Shown here: positions 1 through 13,943 of the stretch, one piece after another | How the letters are laid out: each line of letters starts with the position of its first letter | How positions within the stretch are numbered: position 1 is the stretch's first letter | DNA from: Chrysomallon squamiferum | Lineage: Eukaryota > Animalia > Mollusca | NCBI GenBank assembly: GCA_012295275.1 | Contig: CM022674.1 | Location: 10,292,001 to 10,356,000, forward strand | DNA length: 64,000 bases | Direction of reading: 5' to 3' | Translations under genes and position numbers: made by a program | The notes under the pieces: generated by a model | What the model was told of the DNA's origin: nothing | Database searches by the model: none | Seen by the model: only the letters and a program-made list of their open reading frames with translations

Positions 1-800
1 TCTCCCTGGTAACACAAAATAATCATTGAAATTCTACAGAAAAGAACCATCACAGCAACAACTACATAACAAATTTTGTTTCATATTTCTACGAATTAAA
101 TTCTGACACTCACTTGTTTTCATCCTATATGTATAGTGCTAATAGCACAGGCTTTGAGCTTACCCCAGTATAATTTTTTTAACTGAGAAAATCTTGACTA
201 TGTGAATATCTTCCAAGGCCATGAGCAAAATTTAAAACCTTGTGAAATTTCTGGATTAATCCATTTCTGTTTTTCAAAAGTCTTTCTGCTAGTTAACATT
301 TTGAATGAAGTATTTTGCTATTGTGATACCTATGTTATTTCAAAAGTAACTTTTGATAAGAAGATGAAGTCACATGATTATAAAATAATTATCCATGTAA
401 TATCAAATTAATATCTATTAATTATATTAATTTTCTAATTCTAAACACTAACTCATATGTAGCAATAATATTTAAAATCTCTTTTAGTTATAATAATATA
501 ATAATTATCACATTTGTTCAGTATTTCTAAGTATGTGCAAAACTGGAAACTGAAAATTATGTTTCAGTTAACATGCAACACAACATTATGAAAAAAACAA
601 TCAAAAGGTGGATTCTCCATATAACTATATCAACCAATATATTTAAAAAAAAATTGATACACATATATAATTTGTCACGTTATTGTTTATATAATTTTAA
701 ACGTCAGTCCTCTCCTATAAGTTATAATGCTACATAATGTCAAGACAGTACTGACGAATGCTTTTACAAAAACGCATTTTTACTTTGATTAACTAATCAC

Positions 801-1009
801 CTTATAGCTGTAGTTAGTCGTGTGATGCAAATCTCTACCACACTCTGGTCGTTATCGTTGATGTCGTAGTCAGAGGTGTCAACTATCTGACAAATCTTCT
901 CTACGACGTTTGACAGTTCCTTCTCGATCACCACATCATCCAGTGAGAAAAGATCGCCAGCTTTCGACAAATCTTTTCGAGTAAGTACTTCTGCAAACAA
1001 TTCGTGCAT
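801..1009 (-). CDS. VEPH1: Ventricular zone-expressed PH domain protein / melted homolog, first coding exon (gene continues beyond the left edge)
   Basis: [25 protein letters not shown]...[20 protein letters not shown] closely resembles the VEPH1/Melted N-terminus (MHx[18 protein letters not shown]...[17 protein letters not shown]). Acceptor cag at 1020-1018; donor AG|gtgatt after 801. Confidence 0.9.
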
Positions 1010-1023
1010 TTTTCCATCTGTGA

Positions 1024-1067
<44 letters not shown>

Positions 1068-2685
1068 TAATAATAATGTTTTTCCTACATATTTACTATG
1101 TAGACTGTCACTATGTAGTGTGATTATAATTTCCTTTAAATTTAAAATAATTTTATTGACAAGAGATGGATGTTTACTTTTGATACTTAAAAAAACTTAA
1201 TTTTTATATCCAGAATGATTGTCGTTAATAATTTTTTATTATCTTAAGAATGCTAAAAGTTAAAAATAATACAAACCACACGGCTAGATGTCATCTATGA
1301 TATACGTCACAATAAATCAATTGTCGAACGAGAAAAAAACAAACAGAAGAATAAATTAAACAGGAAACAAATGAGGAAATACATTCCAAGTGGAGATAAC
1401 TGAGTTCATTTTTGTACGCGTAACAAACAACATAACAATTGCCACTTTTATAATTAACAATTTATTTTTAAGAAAGTGTTATTAAACACTTTATACATTA
1501 TAATAAATGTTTAATATAATTGTGAAGTATCTTTTGAGGATTATATATATTCGTTTTTTCATTATACTTTTTAAAATCTTAAAATTGTTAAATGTTTAGC
1601 TAGCTAGCTGTATTTCATTACACAATAACGGAGTTACATAATCATGCTGAAACTAATAATACCGAGTTACATAATAATACTGCATTACATAATATTTGTG
1701 TTACATATTAATGCAGAAAGACATAATAATTAAGTTACATAATTCATACACATGAATTGGCTAATAATTGTTTTAAGGAATGGAAAACGAGCATTTAAAA
1801 ACAATATTTCAATTCTTCAGAGAAAAAAAATGAAATGAAAGACATTATAAAAAATATAAATTAAAATAAAACTTATTTATTGCGTTTTGTTACTAGGAAA
1901 CTATCTGCAGTCATGTGATGCCTCAGATAAACACACACACACACACGCACACACACACACACACACACACAGCCACACACACACAAACTGTAAAAAAATG
2001 TACAGAGAATCAAAAAATATATTTTATCATCATTTAAGACATCGATTAACTGTAACTGATAATGACTCGTGTTTCCATTAAAAATCACAACGGAAATTAA
2101 TACTGCTCTCTTTTTTTCTTTTCTTTTTTTTTTTTTTTTTTGTTCTTTTTTTATTCCTGGTATTTTATTATTTTAAGTACTTACATTATTATATAAAATT
2201 AATAATTATTTTTAAAAACAATAACAATAAATAGGATAATTTATTTTCTGTTGATAATTCTTATAAAATCCACATGCTTTATAATCATTCAGAAATATAT
2301 TTTATCGCCTTATTTTCTTTCATATATATTTTTTTTTATTGAAAAGTTAACGTACTTTTTCAGTTTGTTTACATTAATAACATGATTATTGTTTAGTTTT
2401 AAATAATGACTGAAAATGCGTTTACATTTGTTTTTCTGAAAAGAGATTTTGTATACTGCTATATAATTATTTCAGGCTCCTACAAAATATGGCGGCAATT
2501 CATACTGCCCAAAATATAAAATTTATACGAAAGTAATAAAAGAAGCACGCTAATATAGAGCGATCAGTAATTGATAAATAATGTAGGAAATGCTGTCAGT
2601 GACATAAATTTTTATTTTTAGAAATGATGTGAAAAACCTTTACTGTTATTATGATGATGTTGGTGATGATGATAACGATAATGAA

Positions 2686-2746
<61 letters not shown>

Positions 2747-3019
2747 TAGCTATTTTAGGATTCTTCTCTGGTTTCAGGCCTCCTGTCAAACGATGATAGC
2801 ATACGATGAGAAAGACAGAAAATCTTCCTATTCTTGTTTTCAGTCTCAATCCCTTTCCTGCAACCAGTATCATTTACCAATCAGTACTAGATGAAATGGC
2901 TATAAGAATTTGGTTAGTAAACATACATGTACGCAGATTAATTCAATTCTTGTAAATTATTATAATTTTCACAAAACGACATTATGATTACATTATGACC
3001 ATAAGTGCTATATGAACAT

Positions 3020-3162
3020 GTCCAAAAGGAAGTTATCGTTTCCTGGGTTTCCGCCGATCTCCGTCCTGGCTTGGCTGTACGTGACGTCATTCTTCTGTTC
3101 CGGTTTTAGAGGAGCGCATAAAAGCAGACGAAAAATGTAAATAGCAATAACTGACATTGAAA
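3020..3162 (+). promoter_or_regulatory. Putative promoter and non-coding first exon of the C1q gene
   Basis: Locally GC/CpG-richer patch with a perfect CRE palindrome TGACGTCA (3082-3089), GGAAGT (~3028), a kB-like GGGTTTCC (~3045), a TATA-like CATAAAAG (~3117) and a strong donor gtaagt at 3163. Acceptors at 3891 and ~3928 precede the ATG. Confidence 0.4.
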
Positions 3163-3164
3163 GT

Positions 3165-3194
3165 AAGTAATTCAGTTTTGATTTTGTTTGCTTG

Positions 3195-3258
<64 letters not shown>

Positions 3259-3877
3259 GTTTGTTTTGACAGTGCATAAAATTATAAAACTAGATTTCAT
3301 CATTCTTTTTGTAGTTATTTAAATAAATAAACAACAACAACAATAATAATAATATTATCATCATCATCATCATCATTAGCATCATCACTACTCTGCTACT
3401 ACTACTATTACTATTACCACTGCTATTGTTTTCATCATCATCATCATCGTAATCGTCATCATCATAAATAAGGAAACTTCCAAATGTAACCAGTCATTTA
3501 TTTTTAGTAATTAAAATTCAGTTTCGAATTTATTTGCTTTTTATTATCTAGCTATTTATTTTTTTATTATTATTATTTTACTGTTACTGCATGTTTTGAC
3601 AGTGTATAAAATTATAACGATAAAATTAGATTTCATCATTCTTTTTATAGTTATTTATTAATTTTAATAAATAAATTAAAAAAACAACAACAACAACAAC
3701 AACAACAACAATAATAATATTATTATTATTATCATCATCATCACTACTCTGCTACTACTATTATTATTACTGTCACTACTGCTATTGTTATTATTATTAA
3801 TCATCGTCGTCGTCGTCGTCATCATAAATAATGAAACTTCAAAATGCAACCAGTCATTTATTTTCAGTCATTAAAAT
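3165..3877. repeat. Tandem duplication of a ~350-bp unit in the putative 5'UTR intron
   Basis: The blocks gttttgacagtg(c/t)ataaaattata...tagatttcatcattcttttt and atcataaataa(g/t)gaaacttc(c/a)aaatg(t/c)aaccagtcatttatttt each occur twice, at ~3263/3592 and ~3461/3821. Confidence 0.8.
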
Positions 3878-3951
3878 CTTTTCTCTTACAGAAACACAAA
3901 TAAAAAACCAGTATCCGTTCTATTTCAGAGCTTAGTCACGAAAGAAGCAAA

Positions 3952-4367
3952 ATGATTTTGATTCAGAAATTCCTCCTACTGGAGGTTTTATTTGTGTTTG
4001 CAAAGCGTGACATTTCTAATAAAGCCTGTAGGGACAATGATATTAAAGGCAGCGCCTTTTGTTCTCTCGAACTGAACTGTGGACCTAATGCCAAGGACAA
4101 GTATCCAATAACCTTACCCAGAGGTCCAAAGGGTGAAAGAGGAAAACAAGGACAGCGTGGTCTACCAGGATACAGTGGTCTACCAGGTCTACGAGGTAAA
4201 CCTGGTCCAGTCGGTCCTCCAGGAAAACCAGGTCCAGTCGTACCATCAGAAGAAAGTAATGCATTATATTTAATTTTTTTCGTTTTCTAAACTAAGTATC
4301 AATTATAATACGAAGTAAATACGTAACAATTAAATACTACTACTATACTACTTACTACTACTACTAT

Positions 4368-4414
<47 letters not shown>

Positions 4415-5775
4415 TTACTACTACTATTACTACTGCTACTACTACTATTACTACTACTATTACTATTGCTACTACTACAATAACACAAATAAATAAACAA
4501 ATAATTAAAAAGTGTAAGATACCGATATATAAATTTTACCATTACTTGATTATATTAAGTAAAGGTACAGCACAATTTATTACTGACATAATTAAAGTCT
4601 AGCTGAGAGAGAGAGTTATTTATTAATTTTTAATTTTCTTCCTCTTTTTTTTCGATTTTTTTAATTTTTGTTCTCTCTAATCTTAAAGGCTCTAAAGTTC
4701 CCAAGATTGCTTTTCATGTCGGACTAAACACGTCACGTGACATTGTTGACGTAGATAATAACAGTGACATCATCATATTCGACAGTGTGCTAACAAACGT
4801 AGGAAATGGCTATGACTCCGAGAACGGAACATTCATAAGTCCAGTGACCGGAATTTATTTCTTCACCGTAACCATCACAGCTAATCGAGGAAAAGTGGTA
4901 GAATGTTTTAATGATAATAGTGTTAGCTCTGCAGTTATTACAACAGGTTGGACCTAATTAATCTGGCAACGTTGATGTTTGGGACAGTGATATGAGGACA
5001 TCATGCTACTAAAAACAATGTTCGATAAACATTAGTATTGTTGCATTTGAGCCACATCACGTCTTACACGATGCTCAGTGACAGTACCCCATATACATTT
5101 AAATTTTAATGGAGAAATTAAAGAAGTAAAACAATTTGAACCTTTGCTGTCACGTGCTATTTAAAAACTTCAGACGGGTCCAACCTGTTTTACTATTACT
5201 GCTACTGTTATTAATACTACTAACACTGCTGCTGCCGATGATAGTAGTGCTACTGCTAATGTTGCTGCTGCTGTTACTACTACTACTCCAACTCCTATTA
5301 CCACTACTATTGCTACTTCTGTTACTGCTACTGGTGATGTTAATACTACAACTGTGCTACTACTGCTGCTGCTGCTGATGATGTTGTTACTGGTACTACT
5401 TCTGTTACAACTACTACACCTTCTACTATTTCTCTTGCTGCTGCTATTGCTATTGCTATTACTTTAGCTGCAACTATTATAAATTCTGTTATTCTGCTAG
5501 ACAACAATTACTACTACAGTTACTATATCTGTTGGCGTCACAAATACTTGCATTTCTAAGACAACATAAACTTAATAAATACAAATGAATACAGGGTTGA
5601 ATTTAATGAGTCACACTACACTTTACACCGTGAAACAAATTAGTCAGTGACAGTGAACTTCACTTGAGAACCGACGATAATACAGATGACACATTTCTTG
5701 ACTGCTACTTCAACTCTTCCTGCTACTACTGCTACCATTACACTAAGATTATTATTATTATTATTATTAATATTA

Positions 5776-5829
<54 letters not shown>

Positions 5830-6085
5830 CTAGGGCGGAGGGGAAGTGATGCGGAGTGGCAGTGAAAACTACGTGACTAGGTTATGGTCGCAAACATCAT
5901 CATCTACTATGAACTTTGTTCTTCACCTTGAGGCCGGAGAAAGGGTCTGGGTAAGACCAGTGAGAGAGGCGCCAGACTTGCTTGGTTTCATGCAGTGCAG
6001 CTTTTCTGGCTTCATTCTGTTTCCACACAGCAAGTTTGAAATAGCCCAACAAGGTGCGGGTATTGGAATGGTCATTAATGGCTAA
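3952..6085 (+). CDS. Secreted C1q-domain protein with a short collagen stalk (C1q/CTRP-like), about 254 aa, 3 coding exons
   Basis: Exons 3952-4255, 4689-4897 (donor could be 4894) and 5834-6085 splice in frame with GT-AG. Hydrophobic N-terminal signal-like segment; 13 Gly-X-Y triplets (4123-4239); gC1q motifs [48 protein letters not shown] and FSGFILF. Confidence 0.9.
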
Positions 6086-6120
6086 AGAGAGAAATGTAAA
6101 GATAACTGAAGGCTCATTAA

Positions 6121-6287
<167 letters not shown>

Positions 6288-6836
6288 AGAGGAGAAAAGT
6301 AGATAATAAGAAAAATTATAACAAGACTAACCATTACGTTTGAAATACATTTTTAAGTATATCGGAGAATTTAAATCTAAATTGCAGTAAATAAACAAAG
6401 TTTAAATGAATTGTCCGCTCTTTATTTTTAAATACATTTTGTAAATTACAGAGTTGTTATTCAAATAAAGAATATGTTATTGAAATATGTAGGCCTAATT
6501 TTATTAATAAATTATTATGTTTGATACCTCTTTTAAGGAACAGAGCCATTAGATCTATCATCGACAAATAATACAAAATCAAAATTAAAAATCATTATCA
6601 TCAGTTTTATTATTGTTGAAAGTGTTATTATTATCGTCATCATCGCCATTATTATTTGAACGAAAAAGAAACAATATACAGTAACATAGATATATTTTTC
6701 GGTTACACAATATACACACTGTATTCTTTATTACTGCAGACTATACTGATACACACTTATATATAGATGTCTCGTTAATAACTAACTAAACAATGAATAC
6801 ATCTGATTTTTCAATAACAAACATGACAGAAAAGTG

Positions 6837-7726
6837 TTATTTATACTCTATGAGATATTCTGGGTATATCTGGGTTTCGCTGTATATTACAATCACGCTG
6901 GGACAGTTTTCGTTATCAACTGTCGAGTCAGTTAAAACAGTATCGTTTGACTCGTCAAGTGGTGGCGGTCTCACCATTGATGAATCTCCCTTTTTGTACA
7001 ATCCAAGAAGAACCTTCACAAAAAACATAAATTTATGTCCCTTTTGATTCGGTCTAGTGTATGAATCAGATTTTTTGGCGTCAACGGCAAAGTAGGCACC
7101 ACGTCCAAATAACGTGCCAATTCGTGTACCTGCTAGTCTGAAGTCTATATTTTGCTTGATAATGTTTTGTACTGCTTGTTCGGTAGTTCCGTGAAACAAA
7201 AGCATTTCATTACTGAGTCCAGGTCCGTATGAGTTTTCCATAGCTTGTTTACGACTGAAATAAGTTAAATAACAAAAACTAAAATAAAACAAATAAAATA
7301 AAGGAAATAAAGTACAAACAAGTATAAAACACAATAAACGAATTAACAGATAAATAAAATAACTAAATAAAATGTGATAATTCACACTAATGTTTTATGC
7401 ATCTTATATTTTTGGTCAAAAGCATGATAGTTTCAAATTAACCAATGACCATCTGTTATAAAAAAAAATGTGTTAGCCTCGCTCTGAAATACTGACAGAC
7501 TTACACAACAAACTGCCGCCACATATCGACATTCTGGATTCTCTTTATGCTCACAATTTCCATATTGGTCAACGACAATTTAATGTTTTTCACCACCATC
7601 TTGAATTCTTCAGAGTCAGACGACAGTAGGATCATCTTTAACTTGTTGTTCTCCATTGTATCCCAATATGACGGAAGAAGCTCATCGTATGGCTGGTTTC
7701 TCGTCTGCTTCACATTTTTAGCTATT
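6837..7726 (-). CDS. PARP/ARTD catalytic domain exons (PARP7/11/12/14/15-type) of the MIB-PARP gene
   Basis: LPSYWDTM...SEEF...IKRIQNVDMW in exon 7726-7505. LLFHGT, GTLFGRGAYFA, MFFVKVLLG, RPP, DSTVDNENCPSVIVIY and QIYPEYLIEY in exon 7254-6837. Confidence 0.92.
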
Positions 7727-8188
7727 CTGTGAATATGATTATAAATAACTATTTACACATACATATGTATAAATACATAACTTTACATTAAACTGACTCA
7801 AGCTTTATACATCCAGTGCTTAGAGTATGAAAAAAACACACCAAACAAATGTATCTATTTAAACAACTCAAAAATTAAGTAAAAATGAAATGTTTGAGAA
7901 TCTCCTTTACAAATAATGATTTCGAAATGGAGGAAATTACAATAGGAAAAAAACGGAGTGGCTGATTTACCGTTTAAACATTGCTTTTGTCTCCGGATGT
8001 TCTACTAGATCAAGAGGTGATCTCCCCTGGTTATTTTTTATGTCAATATCAGCTCCATTCTCTACTAAACAAGCTTTTATTTCATACGTTTCATCATTTG
8101 CAGCACTATTTGCACCGATCTGAAACATTTGTAATGAAGCGAAATAGCAAGCTAAGCATAAGAGCGAATCTATCAAAAGGTGATCCAT

Positions 8189-8267
<79 letters not shown>

Positions 8268-8395
8268 CTTATGAATGAATATCAATAAATTATCCTACTT
8301 ACAGTACTTATGTTTGTTCGTTCATTTGACTGTGCTATATGCAGTGCTGTGTTTCCATCTTTATCTTGAGCATTGATATCAGCGCCTGAAAATAA

Positions 8396-8463
<68 letters not shown>

Positions 8464-11400
8464 TTTATCAGAAATGTAATAAGGTTTTTTTATAATGTCA
8501 TAATACCTTAAATACAGGTTTGTTGTTATATCATTTTATTAACAATATCACATAAATAATTATACTTAATTAAACGTAATTAAAAATATTTATCCTGTAA
8601 AATGTCCTTTTCTTTCCAGTATGTTAATGATATAAATATTTTAGTGTTAATAACATCACTTTGTCTCTGTTTGATATTTTTCTTATGTAGCTTACACCCT
8701 GCGTGTGTGTGTGTGGATATGTTTATGTACGTATGTATGTGTATGTGGATATGTTTATGTACGTATGTATGTGTATGTGGATATGTTTATGTACGTAAGT
8801 ATGTGTATGTAAATGTGTGTAAATACTTATATATAATTTATGTATGTATGTGTGTGTGCCTCTGTGTATGTGAGAATGTATATAAGTGTTTATATATAAT
8901 TTATATATTAGTTATGTACGCATGTGCATATGTATACGTGTAAGTGTGTACGTATGTTTATGTAAGTATGCATTCATGTATATGTATAGACATGATCACG
9001 AAATAAAATTATAGGTTCACGTTTTTAACCTTTTGCAATCAACAGTTCAACAATTTTCAAACAGCGAGACATAACTGCCATGTGTAATGGTGTTTGATTT
9101 TCTTTTGATATAGAATTGACGTCTGCTTTACCCTGAAATATAGTACGAGAAAACACAAATCACTGAGTAAAGTACAAATATAAAGAATACACCATTAAAT
9201 CAAATACATTCTGAAACAAATAACAAAAATACAAAAAACAAATGTAGAATTCATTTATTTATAACATTTCATGATTATCTATCTTCCCCTTCATGTACTC
9301 GCTCTTACTCTTTCCTTTCTCATATTGTTTCTCTCCGTATACACCCTCTCTCACTCTCTTTCTCTCCCTGTACTCTCACACTCTCTTTCACTCCATCTAC
9401 TCCACTTTTACTCCCTATATTCCTCTCTCACTCTCTTTCACTCCACATATTCCCTCTCTTTCACTCCACATATTCCCTCTCCCTATACTCCCTCTCTCAC
9501 TCTCTTTCACTCCCTATACTCCCTCAGTCACTCTATTTCACTACCTATATTCCTCTATTACTCCCTATACGCCTGTTACTCTCTCTCCCTATACTCCCTC
9601 TCTCATTCTCTTTCTCTCCCTATACTACCTCGCTCATTCTCTTTCTCTCCCTATACTACCTCGCTCATTCTCTTTCTCTCCCTATACTCCCTCGCTCATT
9701 CTCTTTCTCTCTCTATACTACTATTTTACTCCCTATACTCCCTCTCTCTCTCTCTTATTCTCTTTCTCTCCCTATACTCCCTCTCTTTCTCTCCCTATAC
9801 TCTCTCTCACTCTCTTTCTCTCCCTATACTCTCTCTCACTCTCTTTCTCTCCCTATACTCTCTTTCACTCCCTTTCTCTCCCTATACTCTCTCACTCTCT
9901 TTCTCTCCCCGTACTCCCATTATCACACTCTTTCTGTCCATATACTCCTCTTTTACTCCCTATACTCCTTCTCTCACTCTTTCTCTCCCTATACTCCCTC
10001 TCTCATTTCCTTTCTGTCACTATACTCCCTCTCTCACTCTCTTTCTCTCACTATACTCCTCTTTTATTGTCTATACTCCTCTCTCACTCTTTCTCTCCCT
10101 ATACTCTGATTCTCACTCTCTTTCTCTTCCTATACTGCCTCTCTCAATCTCTTACTCTGCCTGTACTACCTTTCCCACTCTCTTTCTCAGCCTGTACTCC
10201 ATTTCTTACTCTCTTTCTTTACCTATACCCCTCTTTTACTCCCTTTACTACTCTCTCACTGGCTTTCTTTCCTATCTCACTCTCTTTCTGTCTCTATACT
10301 CCTCTCTCACGCAGTTTCTCTCCCTATACTACTCTCTCACTCTGTTTCTCTCCCTATATTGCCTCTCTCACTCTCTTTTTCTGCCTGTACTACCTTTCTC
10401 ACTCTCTTTCTCTTTCTATATTCTGTCTCTCACTCTCTTTCTGTCCCTATGCTGCCTCTCACAATCTCTTTCTCTGCCTGTACACCTCTCTCACTCTCTT
10501 TCTCTCCCTATACTCTCTCTCACTCTCTTTCTCTATCTGTACTCCCTTTTTCACTCTCTTTCTCTCCCTATACCCCTCTTTTACTCCCTATACTTCACTC
10601 TCACTCGCTTTCTATCCCTATACTCCCTCGCTCATTCTGTTTCTGTCCCTAAACTCCCTCTCTAACTCTCTTTCTCTCCCTATACCCCTCTTTTACTCCC
10701 TATACTCCACTCTCACTCGCTTTCTATCCCTATACTCCCTCGCTCATTCTGTTTCTGTCCCTAAACTCCCTCTCTAACTCTCTTTCTCTCACTATACTAT
10801 ATATATGACTTTCCTTCGCTCCCTGATACCGCTGTCATTCATCCACTTTCTCTCGTTCTGACTCTTTTTTTTTTATCTTTTCATCACTCAGTCATCCATT
10901 TATCCACAATGACTAATTTGTCTGCCTGTGTATTTAATGTATTCATGCATTCACATACAACATTTATTAACGTAGTAGCGAGATCATAAAACCCGTTCAC
11001 TGCCGCGATGTGTAGCGGGAAAAGGTTTTCCTCTTTTGTTGGACTATTCACTATGTCAGGATGATGTTTCATGAGAAAAGTAACAAATCTGAAGATAGAT
11101 ATAAAGTGACAAGATGTCAATATATCATTCAAACTTAAGCCACAAATCGTTAGGCTGCAGGTTATTTGTGTTGTGTGTGTTTCTTAGATTGTTTGCGATG
11201 TATTTGTGGTTTGTTAGTGTAAGTGCAGATTTATATTTTTGCCAGTATTTTTTTTCTTTCTTTCTTTCTTTAATTGTAAGTTTACTGTGTTGTCGTAAGC
11301 ATATATTTTTATTTTTGTACATACTGTGTATTCGTTTTTTTTGCGATATTCAGAGTACTGCAAATTAATCACATCTCTAGTTAAGTATATATAAACAAAC

Positions 11401-12456
11401 TCGTATGCACATTCACACACTGAGGTTATGAAGACTTACTTTGTTTCTCCACACATCTCAGAACATGCCACATGGAAAGGATTTGCATCTTTGTTATTAA
11501 AGATGTGTAGGTTCACTTGAGAACACGCCCTGAAACAGTCAATGACGTCGCTGTCACCGCTTGTGATGGCGTAATGAAGAGGCGTATTACCTCTATTATC
11601 CTGAAAAAAAATTACAAGCAGCTTGATTGAAAGTCACAGGCGTCAGTGTTAATTCTTCACGTGATATATAGTATATTAATTCAAAACGTGATAAGCGACA
11701 GTGTTTATTAAACACTTGATACATCTCAGTGTTAATTCAACGTGTGATACGAGTCGGTATTAATTCAACACGTAACAGTTGTCCGTGTTAATTCAACGCG
11801 TGATACATGCTAGTATTAATTCAACACGTAACAGTTGTCCGTGTTAATTCAACGCGTGATACATGCTAGTATTAATTCAACACGTAACAGTTGTCCGTGT
11901 TAATTCAACGCGTGTTACATGCTAGTATTAATTCAACATGTGATATGTGACAGTGTTAATTCAACATCTGATATATGACAGTGTTAATTCAAGTCTTGAT
12001 ACATGCTAGTATTAATTCGACACATAGTAGGCATCAGTGTTAATTCGACACTTTATAAGCGTCAGTGTTAATTCAACATGTTATATTCATCATTTTGTGA
12101 GAACTAGACAGTGTCTAACAAACTCTCTGCCTCGGTCTCACACAGATAAAAAAATCATACACAGTCTTAGATTTTTGCATACGTTTTTTCATTTCAAGTA
12201 TTATTATAAAATATAACTGTAGTTTTAATAATGACAATCATGAAATATAATCTACACACAGTAATACCATCTGCCTTGAATTTTATTGTGTACACACATA
12301 CACACAAAAATAAATAAATAAAAATTATTCTGTAACATGTAATTCATAATTCTCAAACTGGCCTGTCACAGTCAGTAGTATATTTTGTCATATCTGTGGA
12401 AAATGTCCACAAGAGAGATATTTTTCTAATGTCAGTGAAAAATCTTTAAAATACTG

Positions 12457-12501
<45 letters not shown>

Positions 12502-13732
12502 ATAATAATAATAATAATAACAACAACAACAAAATAAATAATAATAATTTTAATGCATCATCTAAATTCAAGGTTATTAAGTGAACTGGGATTATCCAGT
12601 CTGATATGCTGATTAGTAGAGTTATTTGCGTGTTTTATTTGCATTCAGTGACAAATATTACCTGTATGTTTGGGTCACAGCCTGCCTCTATGAGCACCTT
12701 AAGACAATTTACACTTTTTCTTTCCACAGCAATATGCATAGGCGTCCACATCATGTTAGTTTTTGCATTCTTCTCTGCCTGGTTTTCCAGCAGTAATTTG
12801 ACAATGTTGTCATGGTTTCTGCGGCAGGAAAACGAATGTTAAAATTCTGCTAACTGCTTATTAATACCATGGTTCTTTATAATATAGAAATTCTCTTACT
12901 AAGGTTTTGTTCGAAAATAATTTACTTGAATCATTCTATAATACTGCAGTATTTCCTAACGAAGTAACTAATTTGACTTAGCTTTGTAATATTGCAAAAT
13001 TCAAAACAACACTGTAGTTCTAATTTAATCAAGTGATTAATTTGACTTACCCAAATGCTGCATAGTGTAAAGGAGTGAAATTGCTGTTGTCACATAAATC
13101 GATGTCAACACGCAGATCGAACAGATATGCCACAACTTCGAAATTACCTCTCATAGAGGCCATGTGTATGGCAGCCACTCCTTCGAACGTTCCGTTCACC
13201 TACACATAAAAATAATTACTATCTAAAATTTTATTTAAGATTTATTTAAGATTTATTTTTGAAACATTTCATTTTCGTTCTCTTCTTCTTCTTCTTCTTC
13301 TTCTTCTTATTAAATAAAATAAAAAAAGTAAAAAATAAATAAAAGCGGTTACAAGGAGATACCGAGTAATGAAAAGTATTAAAAGAGTTAATATATAAAA
13401 ACTATGTTTTTTAAAATAAAACATACGTCAGCTTGCTCTGCCAACTCTCCGAGCGTTTCCAGATCACTGCAAGACGCGGCTTTAATAAAACGTGTCTGAA
13501 AATCACGTGAATCCGCGGTAAGAAGTCGGTAGAACGACTCGCACAGATCTGTAATAAATACAGATTAATCACAATATTTATGCAAGAAGACAAAAGATCA
13601 ATGGACAAAACTCCAGCACACAAAACACGCTTTAATATATTTAAAGATCGAGATGTAGATAAGATATGTTTTTAAATTTTATTAATAAACAAGAAACTAC
13701 GAATTGATCAGTACCTTTACATATTTGTAAAT

Positions 13733-13821
<89 letters not shown>

Positions 13822-13899
13822 AGCTACTGCTGAATCCGACATTCAGTGAGTTTTGTGTTGGATACATACATACATATAAAATTAACAATGACAGCACAC

Positions 13900-13943
<44 letters not shown>

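Noticed and set aside
9271-10777. Long 464-aa and 494-aa ORFs on the + strand
   Set aside because: They are translations of a pyrimidine-rich minisatellite that lacks stop codons by composition, and they lie in an intron of the opposite-strand gene.
11640-12080. Repeat-spacer-like array resembling CRISPR
   Set aside because: The linkers are only ~13 bp, mutually related and duplicated, and there are no cas genes.
6837-13199. Tankyrase call (ankyrin + PARP)
   Set aside because: There is no SAM domain, the ART domain is PARP12/14-type without the catalytic Glu, and the N-terminus is Mind-bomb-like.
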